64,000 bases of DNA from contig JBDRZU010000001.1 of assembly GCA_039804105.1 (NCBI GenBank), positions 32,001 to 96,000 of the forward strand. The letters run 5' to 3'. Made by a program: the position numbers and the translations under genes. Positions 54,649-64,000 of this stretch are shown here, in pieces (positions within the stretch are counted from its first letter, which is position 1; every line of letters starts with the position of its first letter). A model generated the notes under the pieces. That model worked only from the letters and a program-made list of their open reading frames with translations, had not been told where the DNA came from and searched no databases. Source of the stretch: a candidate division WOR-3 bacterium (GTDB taxonomy: Bacteria; Hydrothermota; 32-111).

Positions 54649-57123
54649 ATGGAATTGAATTTTTCAAGAAGGATGAGTATTATTTTGAAAAAGAGTGAAC
54701 AGCGAACGAGGGGGCTTAACAGGTCAAAAGTTGAACCGTATGATATTCTTTTGACGATTATTTCTGATAGGGATCTTGCAACGAACAATTATATTATAAA
54801 TTCAACAAAAAGTAAAAATCCAGAGGTTTTAGATATCTTAAAAGGTATCTTAAGACAGTATGTAAGAAAAAATGAAGAGAACATTGACAATATAACCTTT
54901 GATGTTACAGATTCTGAGGAAACAAAAAGGGTTTTCAACGAAGCGGAAAAGATCGCACTTGAAAATGGAGAGGTATATATTGAACCAGAGCATTTTGTGA
55001 TTGCGATTTACCATTTAAATCAAGAATCGAAAGAATCCCTCGACTCAATAGGTTTCAGTATTCAAACATTTAAAAATCTTGTTAAAAATCCAAGTTTTAG
55101 AATGAAAATAAAAGATGAGGAAGAAAAAAGTGGAATAGGATTGGATGAAACTAGTCCAACACCACTTGCAGATTATCTATGTAAGGATTTAACAAAACTT
55201 GCAAAGGAAAATAAACTCGATCCTGTATACGGTAGAGAAGAGGAGATCGCAAGAATAATTCAAATTCTTGGTAGAAGGAAAAAAAATAATCCTGTTCTTA
55301 TTGGAAAACCTGGTGCAGGGAAAACTGCAATAGTTGAAGCCCTTGCTGATAGAATCGTTAAAAATATGGTTCCCGAAAATCTTAGAAATAAAAGGATTCT
55401 CTCTCTCGATGTAGGAATGCTTGTAGCTGGAACAAAATATAGAGGCCAATTTGAAGAAAGATTGAAAAATCTGATAAAAGAAATCGAAGAGAACAAAAAT
55501 ATAATTCTTTTTATAGACGAACTCCATGTGATAATAGGTACAGGTGCAGCAGAGGGTTCAATAGATGCTGCAAATATGTTAAAACCACAACTTTCCAGAG
55601 GTGATATACAGTGTATTGGTGCGACAACTCTTTCGGAGTATCATAAATATATTGAAAAGGATGGTGCTTTAGAAAGAAGGTTTCAGCCAGTTGATATAAA
55701 AGAGATGACACCTGAAAAAACTCTTGAAGTTCTATACCATATAAAAAACAAATATGAAGATTTTCACAATGTTGAATATACAGATGATGCTTTAAAGAGT
55801 GCTGTTTATCTATCTGAGATTTATATAACAGATAGAGTGTTACCTGATAAAGCGATTGATGTTATAGACGAAGCAGGTTCAAAAGTCAACATGGATTTTT
55901 CTTTCAGAATAAACAAACAGATTGAGATTTTAAACAACGAACTGAATGAAACCATAAGAGAAAAAGAATATTTCACTTCTGTTAACAAATTCAAACTTGC
56001 AGGAGAAAAGAGAACAAAACAACTTGAAATTGAAGAAAAGATAAGACAGTTGAAAGAGGGGATATCAAAAAGAACCAACAGATTGAAAGTAAACGAAAAA
56101 ATAGTAAAAGAGGTTATTTCACAATGGACTGGAATACCTGTTGATAAACTCAATATGGATATACAAAATGATTTGATCAAATTAGAGCAGGAGTTTAGAA
56201 AGGATATAGTTGGACAGGAACATGTGATTACAAAGGTTTCAAAAGCGATAAAATTAACACTCCTTGGGATAAAGGATCCTGTAAAACCAAGAATTTCAAT
56301 GTTATTCTTAGGTCCATCTGGTGTAGGAAAAACCTTTTTTGCAAAGAAAATTGCTCAGATTCTTTTCACAAAGAAAGATTCTTTTATGAGATTTGATATG
56401 TCAGAATATTCATTAGAGCATGAAGTTCAAAAGTTAATCGGATCACCTCCAGGATATGTAGGATATGAAGAAGGTGGAAGGTTGACAGAGTTTGTCAAAA
56501 GAAATCCTTTTTCACTCCTTCTTTTTGATGAGATAGAAAAGGCACATCCAAATGTTTACAATATCTTTTTACAGATACTTGATGATGGAATTTTGACCGA
56601 TTCATACCATCGAACGATAGATTTTAAGAACACGATTATAGTTTTTACTTCAAACATTGGAACATCAGAAAATATTTTCAAAAAAGATATAGGTTTTTCA
56701 GAAAAGGATTATGATGAAGAAAAATTCCAGAAAGCTATCATGGAAGAAGTAAAAAAGAATTTCAGAACAGAATTTTTGAACAGGTTGGATATGATAATAG
56801 TATTCAACAGTTTAACTGAAGAGAACATAAAAGAGATAACATTTAAAAATTTACAGAAACTCTCTGAAATCTATTCAAAAAAAGGTTATAATATATCATT
56901 CTCCCATAGAGTGGTTGATTATCTTTCAAAAAAAGGATTTGATAGAAATTTTGGAGCAAGAAATGTTTCAAGGGTTATACAGGAAAATATCGAAAATTAT
57001 ATAACCGATGAGATACTTCATGATAAATTTACCACACACAATGAAATCTTTTTTGATGTCGTAAACGACAGGATACAGGTTTTTTATGGAGAGATCATAA
57101 AACAGCGTGAGGAGGAAAATTGA
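54649..57123 (+). CDS. clpC: ATP-dependent Clp protease ATP-binding subunit ClpC
   Basis: Two AAA modules (GKPGAGKT, GPSGVGKT), KYRGQFEERL, short UVR-like middle domain, IGF ClpP loop. Confidence 0.88.
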   Translation: MELNFSRRMSIILKKSEQRTRGLNRSKVEPYDILLTIISDRDLATNNYIINSTKSKNPEVLDILKGILRQYVRKNEENIDNITFDVTDSEETKRVFNEAEKIALENGEVYIEPEHFVIAIYHLNQESKESLDSIGFSIQTFKNLVKNPSFRMKIKDEEEKSGIGLDETSPTPLADYLCKDLTKLAKENKLDPVYGREEEIARIIQILGRRKKNNPVLIGKPGAGKTAIVEALADRIVKNMVPENLRNKRILSLDVGMLVAGTKYRGQFEERLKNLIKEIEENKNIILFIDELHVIIGTGAAEGSIDAANMLKPQLSRGDIQCIGATTLSEYHKYIEKDGALERRFQPVDIKEMTPEKTLEVLYHIKNKYEDFHNVEYTDDALKSAVYLSEIYITDRVLPDKAIDVIDEAGSKVNMDFSFRINKQIEILNNELNETIREKEYFTSVNKFKLAGEKRTKQLEIEEKIRQLKEGISKRTNRLKVNEKIVKEVISQWTGIPVDKLNMDIQNDLIKLEQEFRKDIVGQEHVITKVSKAIKLTLLGIKDPVKPRISMLFLGPSGVGKTFFAKKIAQILFTKKDSFMRFDMSEYSLEHEVQKLIGSPPGYVGYEEGGRLTEFVKRNPFSLLLFDEIEKAHPNVYNIFLQILDDGILTDSYHRTIDFKNTIIVFTSNIGTSENIFKKDIGFSEKDYDEEKFQKAIMEEVKKNFRTEFLNRLDMIIVFNSLTEENIKEITFKNLQKLSEIYSKKGYNISFSHRVVDYLSKKGFDRNFGARNVSRVIQENIENYITDEILHDKFTTHNEIFFDVVNDRIQVFYGEIIKQREEEN

Positions 57124-59390
57124 AAAAATTTTATCTGGTTTTTCTATTTGTTTTTGTTTCAACATTTTTGTTTTCACAGAATATTATATCTGAAAGGATT
57201 TTTGATATTGAAGTTGAAGGAAATAATTTTACTTCAAAAGAATTTATAATCAATAGATCAGGTATTTACATTGGTTCTCCACTCACAGATAAAGATATCG
57301 AAAATGGAATAAAAAATCTTTTTTCAACAGGTTTTTTCCAGCAGGTTGAAATTACAAACGAGAAAAAAGATTTTAAAGATATTGTAAAGATTCTTGTTGT
57401 TGAAAATTTGAGGTTAAAAAAAATAGTTTTGAAAGGCAATAAAAAAGTTAAAGAAAAAGAATTGTTGGATTCTCTAACAGTGAAAGAGAATGATTTTTTA
57501 AATGACTACGCTATTTTTAAAATAAAAAGGGAGTTGAAAAATATATATTTTAAAAAAGGATTTTTAAATGTTCAAATAAACGATTCTCTTGGGGAAGCGG
57601 AAAATGGACAGGTTAACCTTTTTATTTTTATCAAAGAGAATGAGTCTGTCAGGATAAAAAAGATTGAAATAATCGGAAATTATAAAGTTACCGATAAAGA
57701 GATAAAATCAAAGATGAAAACGAAAGAAAAAGGTTTTTTACAGGACGGACTCTTCAAAGAGGATGATTTTGAAGAGGATAAAATTTTGATAGTAAATATT
57801 TTAAAGGATAAAGGATTTATCGATGCGACACTTGACTCGGTTGTTAAAGAATATTCTTACGATAATAGATTTTTATTTTTAAGAATATATGTTAGTTTAA
57901 ACAATTTTTATAAGGTTGGAGAGATCTCTTTTTCAGGAAATGAAAATCTAAAATCTAACGAAATCGCAAAGCAGATTAAAATCAAGGAAGGTGAACCTTA
58001 CTCTTATAGCAAGGTTAGTTCGACATTGTCGGCAATCTATGAAATGTATATGGATAGAGGATATATAAATGTAAATGTAAGAGAGGAGTATCTAAGAAAA
58101 GATGGAGTTTTGGATATCGATTTTAAAATAGTTGAAAACAAACTCGCTTACATCAATGAGATAATAATATCAGGTAATGAAAAAACAGAAGATTTTGTTA
58201 TCAGAAGAGAGATCCTTTCAAAACCAGGGGATATATTTAAAAGAAAGGATCTTGTTTTGAGTTTTTCAAATCTTTCAAGAACAGGGTATTTTGAGAATGT
58301 TCAGATAAATCCAAAACAGACAGAATCGGAAGAAAAGGTGAATATCGAGTTTTTAGTCAAAGAGAAACAAACCGGAGAGTTTAACATAGGTGGTTCATAC
58401 AATCAGGTTGATGGACTTACAGGAAACATAACCATAAAAATAAAGAATATTCTTGGAAAGGGATTATCTACAGAGTTTTTGCTTGAAAAGGGAGCCTCGA
58501 TATCGAATTTCTCATTCAGTTTTACCGAGCCATATCTTTTAGGATATCCTGTTGTCGTGGGAACAAGAGTATACTTTACAACAAAGGATAGAACATACTA
58601 TTACGATCGAAGGATAGGAGGTAGTTTAACAACAGGGTTCTTTTTATCTGAGAGGTTGATGACAAGATTTTATACAACATACAAACTTGAACAGGTCTAT
58701 ACCTATGCAGATTCTTCATATCTTTCAGTTCTCGATCCATGGATAAAACAGTTTTTGGGTGATAAAAGAATCCTTTCAGAAATATCACCATCAATCGTAA
58801 GAGATTCCCGAAACAGTGATTTTTTCCCTGATAACGGTGAACTCATGGGTGTTTATACAGGTTTTGCTGGAGGATATTTAGGTGGACAGATAGATTATTA
58901 TAAAATGAATCTTGATTTTAGAATCTATAGAAAACTTTTCTGGAAGTTTGTGATAATGGAAAGGTTCGCTTATGGATTCATCGACTCATACAAAGATATA
59001 GAAAACATTCCTCTATCTGAAAGGTTTGTTCTCGGGGGTGTTGGGAATTGGGGACTCAGAGGTTATCCAGATCGAAGCATAGGTTATGCTATTGATGGAT
59101 ATGTCGTTGGTGGAAGGGGAGCGATGCTTTTAAATTCTGAATTGAGATTCCAGTTGAACGAGATGGCATATCTTATACTTTTCTTTGATATTGGGAACAG
59201 TTATAACAGCATTTCTGAAGGATTTAAAAATAGGTTCCTCCCACTCTATTCGGGTATGGGTCTTGGGGTAAGATTACAGATACCGATGGTTGGAATTATG
59301 GGTATTGACCTGGGTTATGGATTCTCGAAAACTGAAAATGGATACGGACAGAGATGGGAACCTCATTTCCAGATAGGAACATCTTTTTAG
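57120..59390 (+). CDS. bamA: Outer membrane protein assembly factor BamA
   Basis: Five POTRA repeats, LRGY motif, C-terminal FQIGTSF. Confidence 0.93.
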   Translation: MKKFYLVFLFVFVSTFLFSQNIISERIFDIEVEGNNFTSKEFIINRSGIYIGSPLTDKDIENGIKNLFSTGFFQQVEITNEKKDFKDIVKILVVENLRLKKIVLKGNKKVKEKELLDSLTVKENDFLNDYAIFKIKRELKNIYFKKGFLNVQINDSLGEAENGQVNLFIFIKENESVRIKKIEIIGNYKVTDKEIKSKMKTKEKGFLQDGLFKEDDFEEDKILIVNILKDKGFIDATLDSVVKEYSYDNRFLFLRIYVSLNNFYKVGEISFSGNENLKSNEIAKQIKIKEGEPYSYSKVSSTLSAIYEMYMDRGYINVNVREEYLRKDGVLDIDFKIVENKLAYINEIIISGNEKTEDFVIRREILSKPGDIFKRKDLVLSFSNLSRTGYFENVQINPKQTESEEKVNIEFLVKEKQTGEFNIGGSYNQVDGLTGNITIKIKNILGKGLSTEFLLEKGASISNFSFSFTEPYLLGYPVVVGTRVYFTTKDRTYYYDRRIGGSLTTGFFLSERLMTRFYTTYKLEQVYTYADSSYLSVLDPWIKQFLGDKRILSEISPSIVRDSRNSDFFPDNGELMGVYTGFAGGYLGGQIDYYKMNLDFRIYRKLFWKFVIMERFAYGFIDSYKDIENIPLSERFVLGGVGNWGLRGYPDRSIGYAIDGYVVGGRGAMLLNSELRFQLNEMAYLILFFDIGNSYNSISEGFKNRFLPLYSGMGLGVRLQIPMVGIMGIDLGYGFSKTENGYGQRWEPHFQIGTSF

Positions 59391-59398
59391 GAGGTTTG

Positions 59399-60337
59399 AT
59401 GAAAAGGTTTTTTATTTTGATGATCATAATTTTTTTAATCTCTATTAAATTTTATGCTGAAAAGATAGGATATATAGATTCCAAAAGGATTTTTCAGGAG
59501 TATAAAGGATTGAACGATATCAATAAAGAAGTCGAAAAGGAATTGTCTGAGTGGAAAAGAAAAATAAATATTCTTCAACAGGAAATAGATTCACTTGAAA
59601 GAGTTTACAACGAGCAAAAGGAAATGCTTTCAGAAGAGTTGAGTTCAAGAAAACAAAAGGAGATCAATGACAAAAAGGACTCGTTGAATAAATTTATTAA
59701 AGAAATATATGGAGAAGGTGGGAAGTCAACAACGATAAATCAACAGATGTTTAAACCTGTTGTTGATAAGATAAATTCTATAATAAAAAAGATTGGTGAT
59801 GAGGAAGGTTTTACGCTAATACTTGATTTTGCAGATGGTAACATACTGTATGCAAAAAAGGAAATAGATTTGACTGACAGAATAATTGAAGAACTCAACA
59901 AGGATTTTTTCGTTCCAGTATCGGTTTTACAAAGATACATAGTTTACGATTTTGTTGCTGAGGATAAGGAAGCAAGAAATGAACAGTATCATATAAAACT
60001 TGCGAAAGCATTGTATCAATCTTTAAAAATTGAAAACAAGTTTGAACCGATAAGCATCAACGAAGTTAATTCTTATCTACAGAAGATGGGAGTAACAAAT
60101 ATTGAGAATTTAAAACCTGTTGATGCTATAAGTTATGCCTTCACTTTGAACGCTGATTACTGTTTCACAGGAAAAGTAAAAATGGTTTCAGGAAAAATCA
60201 TCGCTGAGGTTTCAGTTTACGATGTAAAAAAAAGAAGGATTGTTCAAACTATCAATAAAGAAGCAACAAACGATATTGAATTTAATAATAAAATATCAGA
60301 ATTTATATCCGAAATAAAATTGATACTCAAAAAGTGA
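59399..60337 (+). CDS. skp: Skp/OmpH chaperone with extra C-terminal domain
   Basis: KIGYIDS..I, coiled coil, ILYA...DLTD.II; about 140 extra aa; start moved to ATG 59399 behind GGAGG. Confidence 0.85.
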   Translation: MKRFFILMIIIFLISIKFYAEKIGYIDSKRIFQEYKGLNDINKEVEKELSEWKRKINILQQEIDSLERVYNEQKEMLSEELSSRKQKEINDKKDSLNKFIKEIYGEGGKSTTINQQMFKPVVDKINSIIKKIGDEEGFTLILDFADGNILYAKKEIDLTDRIIEELNKDFFVPVSVLQRYIVYDFVAEDKEARNEQYHIKLAKALYQSLKIENKFEPISINEVNSYLQKMGVTNIENLKPVDAISYAFTLNADYCFTGKVKMVSGKIIAEVSVYDVKKRRIVQTINKEATNDIEFNNKISEFISEIKLILKK

Positions 60338-60343
60338 GGTGTT

Positions 60344-60796
60344 ATGGAAGAAAAGAGTAAAGAGATGGATATTTTAAAAATAATGAAAGTGATCCCCCAC
60401 AGGTATCCGATGCTTCTTGTTGATAGAATAATCGAAATCGATGAAAAAAGAGTTGTCGGTAAAAAATGTGTTTCGATGGATGAACATTTTTTCCAGGGGC
60501 ATTATCCCGAACATCCTGTTATGCCTGGAGTTTTAATAATTGAATCTTTAGCACAAACAGGTGCAATGCTAATCTCCTACTATATAGAAAATATTGATGA
60601 AAAGGTCCCATATTTTGTAAAAATCGATAAGGTAAAATTCAGAAAACCAGTACTGCCTGGGGATGTATTGAAAAACGAATGTGTGTTAAAAGAACACAAA
60701 GGAAACTTTTTTGTTCTTGAATGTAAAGCTTATGTTGATGAAAAAGTTGTCTGTGAAGGTGAATTAACAGCTGCAATAGTTGACAAGGAGAAATGA
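60344..60796 (+). CDS. fabZ: 3-hydroxyacyl-ACP dehydratase
   Basis: IPHRYPMLLVD, FQGHYP..PVMPGVLIIESLAQ, FRKPVLPGD. Confidence 0.96.
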   Translation: MEEKSKEMDILKIMKVIPHRYPMLLVDRIIEIDEKRVVGKKCVSMDEHFFQGHYPEHPVMPGVLIIESLAQTGAMLISYYIENIDEKVPYFVKIDKVKFRKPVLPGDVLKNECVLKEHKGNFFVLECKAYVDEKVVCEGELTAAIVDKEK

Positions 60797-60799
60797 TCG

Positions 60800-62146
60800 A
60801 TGTTAAAACTTTACAATACTTTTTCAAAAAATGTTGAAGATTTTCAGACCTTATCACAGGATGGAATTGTTAGAATTTACTCTTGCGGAATGACTGTTCA
60901 GGACACCCCTCATATAGGACATATACGAGCTTTGATCACAGTTGATATTTTAAAAAGAGTTCTAAAACTTGATGGATATCAGGTTTTTTCAGTTTATAAT
61001 TTTACTGATATCGATGACAAACTGATAAAAAAGATGACTGATACCGGGATTGATTATAGAATCATATCACAGAAAAATATCGATGAGTTTTTTGAAGTGT
61101 TTAAAAGTTTGAATGTACTTGAATTTGATGTTTATCCACGTGCGACAGGGCATATCGAAGAGATAATAGATTTGATTTCAAAGTTGATCGAAAAAGGTTA
61201 TGCTTACAAGGCGGGAGATGATATATACTTTCGAGTGTCAAAGTTCAAAGATTATGGTAAGCTTTCAGGAAAAAAGTTGGATGATCTTATAGAGGGGAAA
61301 AGGGTTGAAATAAATGAGAATAAAGAAAATCCTCTCGATTTTGTTCTATGGAAAGGAGTTAAAGAAGGTGAACCCTACTGGTATTCACCTTTTGGAAAAG
61401 GTAGACCTGGATGGCACATAGAATGTTCAGCTATGAGTATGAAATATTTGGGAGAATCTTTTGATATACATGCTGGGGGTCAGGATCTAATATTCCCGCA
61501 TCATGAAAATGAGATCGCGCAATCTGAATGTGCTACAGAAAAAAAATTTGCAAGATATTGGATACACAATGGCATGGTTAATCTCAAGGGTGAAAAGATG
61601 TCAAAATCTTTAGGAAATGTTTTTAAAGCAAAAGAGTTACTGGAAAATTATGGACCAAATGTTATAAGGTTGTTTCTTTTAAAAACACATTATCGAAAGG
61701 ATATAGAATTTTCATCTGAAAGGTTGGAAGAATCAAAATCAGCTTTTAAAAGGTTGACTCCATATCTCGTCGATAGTTATGATGAAAATATAATAGATGA
61801 AGATATTTATAAAAAATTTAAAGAATCTCTGTTTGATGACTTGAATACACCTGAAGCTGTTGGAATACTTTTCGAAACTGTTAATCTTATCAATAGAAGG
61901 GAAAAAGATGAGCAAGTTTTGAAGAATACAATCTCAAAGATGTATAGAGAACTTGGGTTTATTTTTGAAAGGAAAGATAAAAACGATCTTGTGGAACAAC
62001 TGATGGATATACTTTTAAAAGTTAGAGAGATTATGAAAAAGAACAAAAATTATGAGATGTCCGATTTTATAAGGGAAGAACTCAAAAAAAGAAATATTAT
62101 TGTAAACGATTTAAAAGATGGGGTAAAATGGAAGATAGAAGATTGA
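60800..62146 (+). CDS. cysS: Cysteine--tRNA ligase
   Basis: CG.TV, HIGH, GRPGWHIECSAM, FPHHENE, KMSKS. Confidence 0.97.
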   Translation: MLKLYNTFSKNVEDFQTLSQDGIVRIYSCGMTVQDTPHIGHIRALITVDILKRVLKLDGYQVFSVYNFTDIDDKLIKKMTDTGIDYRIISQKNIDEFFEVFKSLNVLEFDVYPRATGHIEEIIDLISKLIEKGYAYKAGDDIYFRVSKFKDYGKLSGKKLDDLIEGKRVEINENKENPLDFVLWKGVKEGEPYWYSPFGKGRPGWHIECSAMSMKYLGESFDIHAGGQDLIFPHHENEIAQSECATEKKFARYWIHNGMVNLKGEKMSKSLGNVFKAKELLENYGPNVIRLFLLKTHYRKDIEFSSERLEESKSAFKRLTPYLVDSYDENIIDEDIYKKFKESLFDDLNTPEAVGILFETVNLINRREKDEQVLKNTISKMYRELGFIFERKDKNDLVEQLMDILLKVREIMKKNKNYEMSDFIREELKKRNIIVNDLKDGVKWKIED

Positions 62147-63300
62147 TCTCGTATAACATTTTAGAGGATGTTTTTACTAAAAACATTTCTCTTAAAAAAT
62201 CTTATGAGGCAAGGGTTTTTGGAAAAGATAAAAAAACTGCTTCATATATTAAAGAACTTGTTTATGGTGTTGTCAGAAACAAACTTCTACTCGATCATCT
62301 TATTCAACAGACAACAGGTAAAAATGTTCATGATCTTGCAAAAAAAACACAGAACCTTATCAGAATGGCTATATATGAAATTCTGTATATGAACCATAAA
62401 GAATATGCGGTTTTATCAACAATAGTTGAGATTGCAAAATCACAAACAAAGAACAATGAAAAGTTTGTTAACTGGGTTTTAAGAGAGTTCTTAAGAAACA
62501 GAGATAAAATATCAATACCTGATGATGATTCTTTATCAAGTTTGTCCATAAAGTATTCATTCCCTGAGCATTTTATAGAATATCTTTTACAGGAGGTTGG
62601 GCTCGAAAGAACGAAACAACTCCTTGAATTTTACAATTCAAAACCTTCCACATACGCTTTCAGAATAGATGAACTGGAATACAGAGAGTTTAAGGATAAT
62701 GAAAGGTTGACAAAAAAAGAGTATATCCTTGATCCCGTTTATCTTAATATTTTTAGATCTTTACAACTCGAGGAAACAATAGATGAGGTTTTGGATCTAT
62801 GTGCTGCACCTGGTGGGAAAAGTTTTCTTGTGAAATCTTTTCTTCCAAAATCAAAAATCGTAGCGATAGATAAAGATCCTGAAAGAATAGAAATGATGAA
62901 TCGAAATATAAAAAGATTAAAATTGAGAAATATTACAACTTTTGCAACAGATCTTTTCAAATTGAACCTTGATAAACTTTTCGATCTTGTGATACTTGAT
63001 GTCCCATGTACCTCTACAGGTACAATAAGGAAAAACCCTGATGTTAAATACAACTATAGAAAGAAAATTGATGAACTTGTTGAAATACAGAACAGAATGG
63101 TTGAAAAAGCTGAAGAGTTCGTTAAAGAGGATGGACTGCTTTTATATATCACATGCTCAATTTTTAAAGAAGAAAATCATGAAGTGATTCAAAATTTTTT
63201 GAGAAAAAATAAAGATTACAAACTTATAAGTCAGTTTTTCACATTTGGAGATCCATTCAATGGTGGTTATGGAGCACTTCTAAGAAAAACAGGAGGATGA
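62128..63300 (+). CDS. rsmB: 16S rRNA m5C methyltransferase RsmB/Sun (compact)
   Basis: NusB-like N-terminus, DLCAAPGGKS, DVPCTSTG.IRKNPD, YITCS. Confidence 0.88.
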   Translation: MEDRRLISYNILEDVFTKNISLKKSYEARVFGKDKKTASYIKELVYGVVRNKLLLDHLIQQTTGKNVHDLAKKTQNLIRMAIYEILYMNHKEYAVLSTIVEIAKSQTKNNEKFVNWVLREFLRNRDKISIPDDDSLSSLSIKYSFPEHFIEYLLQEVGLERTKQLLEFYNSKPSTYAFRIDELEYREFKDNERLTKKEYILDPVYLNIFRSLQLEETIDEVLDLCAAPGGKSFLVKSFLPKSKIVAIDKDPERIEMMNRNIKRLKLRNITTFATDLFKLNLDKLFDLVILDVPCTSTGTIRKNPDVKYNYRKKIDELVEIQNRMVEKAEEFVKEDGLLLYITCSIFKEENHEVIQNFLRKNKDYKLISQFFTFGDPFNGGYGALLRKTGG

Positions 63301-63301
63301 A

Positions 63302-64000
63302 ATGTTTGATAACACAGGTAAGATCATCACGATATCTCTGATAGTTTCAATAATAGTTTCTGTAATTGTATCAACTGTTGCTGTAATTTTCATAACACCT
63401 CTTTTACCTAATTTTAAAAAAGATTCAAATAAAAGTTCAGTCGAAATGGTAGAGGTGCCATTGGTTGAAGGTATTGATTATGAGAAAGCAAAGATTATTC
63501 TCCTGAACAAAAGTTTAAACCTTTTTGTAGAAGCAGAAAAAACGAGTGATAAAGAAAAAGGAATAATTCTTTCACAATCACCATTCGCTGGTTCAAGTGT
63601 TATGAAAAATAGTGTGATCAATGTTGTAATAAGTTCTGGTAAGGAAATTGTTGAACAATCAAAAGTTGATTCTCAAAAATTGATAACTCTCCCTTATTTT
63701 GTTGGTCTGAATATAGATGAGGTAAAAAGAGAGATAATAAATCTTGGATTGAAGATAGGTGATGTTAAATATGTTGATGATGAAAAGTATCGAACCGATG
63801 TTGTTGTTTCAACAGATCCGGTTGGAGGGGTGAGGATACCTGCAGGATCTGCTGTGAATCTGAATGTTTCAAAAGGTGTTGTGAATGTTGTTGTTCCAAA
63901 TGTTAACTCTTTAACTAAGGATGATGCTAAACTAAAAATTACGAATGCTGGACTTTTTGTTGAAGAAATAATATATATCACCGATGTAGAATATCCTTTC
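63302..64000 (+). CDS. Membrane-anchored PASTA-domain protein (truncated by window end; not in the ORF track)
   Basis: AGGAGG RBS, ATG 63302; MFDNTGKIITISLIVS... TM; repeats VPLVEG...GIILSQSP.AGSSV, LPYFVGL...STDP, VPNV. Confidence 0.85.
   Translation, partial: MFDNTGKIITISLIVSIIVSVIVSTVAVIFITPLLPNFKKDSNKSSVEMVEVPLVEGIDYEKAKIILLNKSLNLFVEAEKTSDKEKGIILSQSPFAGSSVMKNSVINVVISSGKEIVEQSKVDSQKLITLPYFVGLNIDEVKREIINLGLKIGDVKYVDDEKYRTDVVVSTDPVGGVRIPAGSAVNLNVSKGVVNVVVPNVNSLTKDDAKLKITNAGLFVEEIIYITDVEYPF

Noticed and set aside
1..64000. CRISPR arrays, tRNA/rRNA, riboswitches, IS elements, prophage
   Set aside because: Intergenic gaps are all short, with no spaced direct repeats or GC-rich structured RNA segments seen; a covariance-model search was not possible

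Overview
A 64-kb, very AT-rich, gene-dense chromosomal segment of a diderm, probably anaerobic bacterium. The gene content suggests an uncultured WOR-3/TA06-like lineage, but that is a low-confidence impression. No rRNA, tRNA, CRISPR array, transposase or prophage was recognised. Housekeeping and metabolic content: an ars-type operon (arsR-arsC-lipoprotein thioredoxin-ccdA-permease), hutHUI, a PHP phosphatase, apgM, era, a PLP aminotransferase, archease-rtcB, a Na+-pumping methylmalonyl-CoA-type decarboxylase, an rseC-rnfBCDGEA-apbE operon, a TonB receptor/lipoprotein/transglutaminase cluster, and clpC-bamA-skp-fabZ-cysS-rsmB-PASTA. The best candidate for an undescribed system is a sigma54-promoter-driven, non-canonical chaperone-usher-like pilus operon (27.7-31.9 kb). 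It has two pilin-like subunits, a chaperone and a short usher-like protein ending in two SdrD-B-like domains, sits next to an enhancer-binding protein, and shares a near-identical -24/-12 promoter with an orphan pilin-like gene about 12 kb away. Also notable: a tandemly duplicated [SgmX-like TPR + ExeA ATPase] module with matching C-terminal tails, two sigma54 activators with altered Walker B motifs, a cyclase-STAND-TPR protein, a pseudo-kinase/patatin pair, a truncated RnfB, a bamA-skp-fabZ cluster without lpxD/lpxA, and several apparently leaderless mRNAs. All calls come from motif reading only; no database searches were run.
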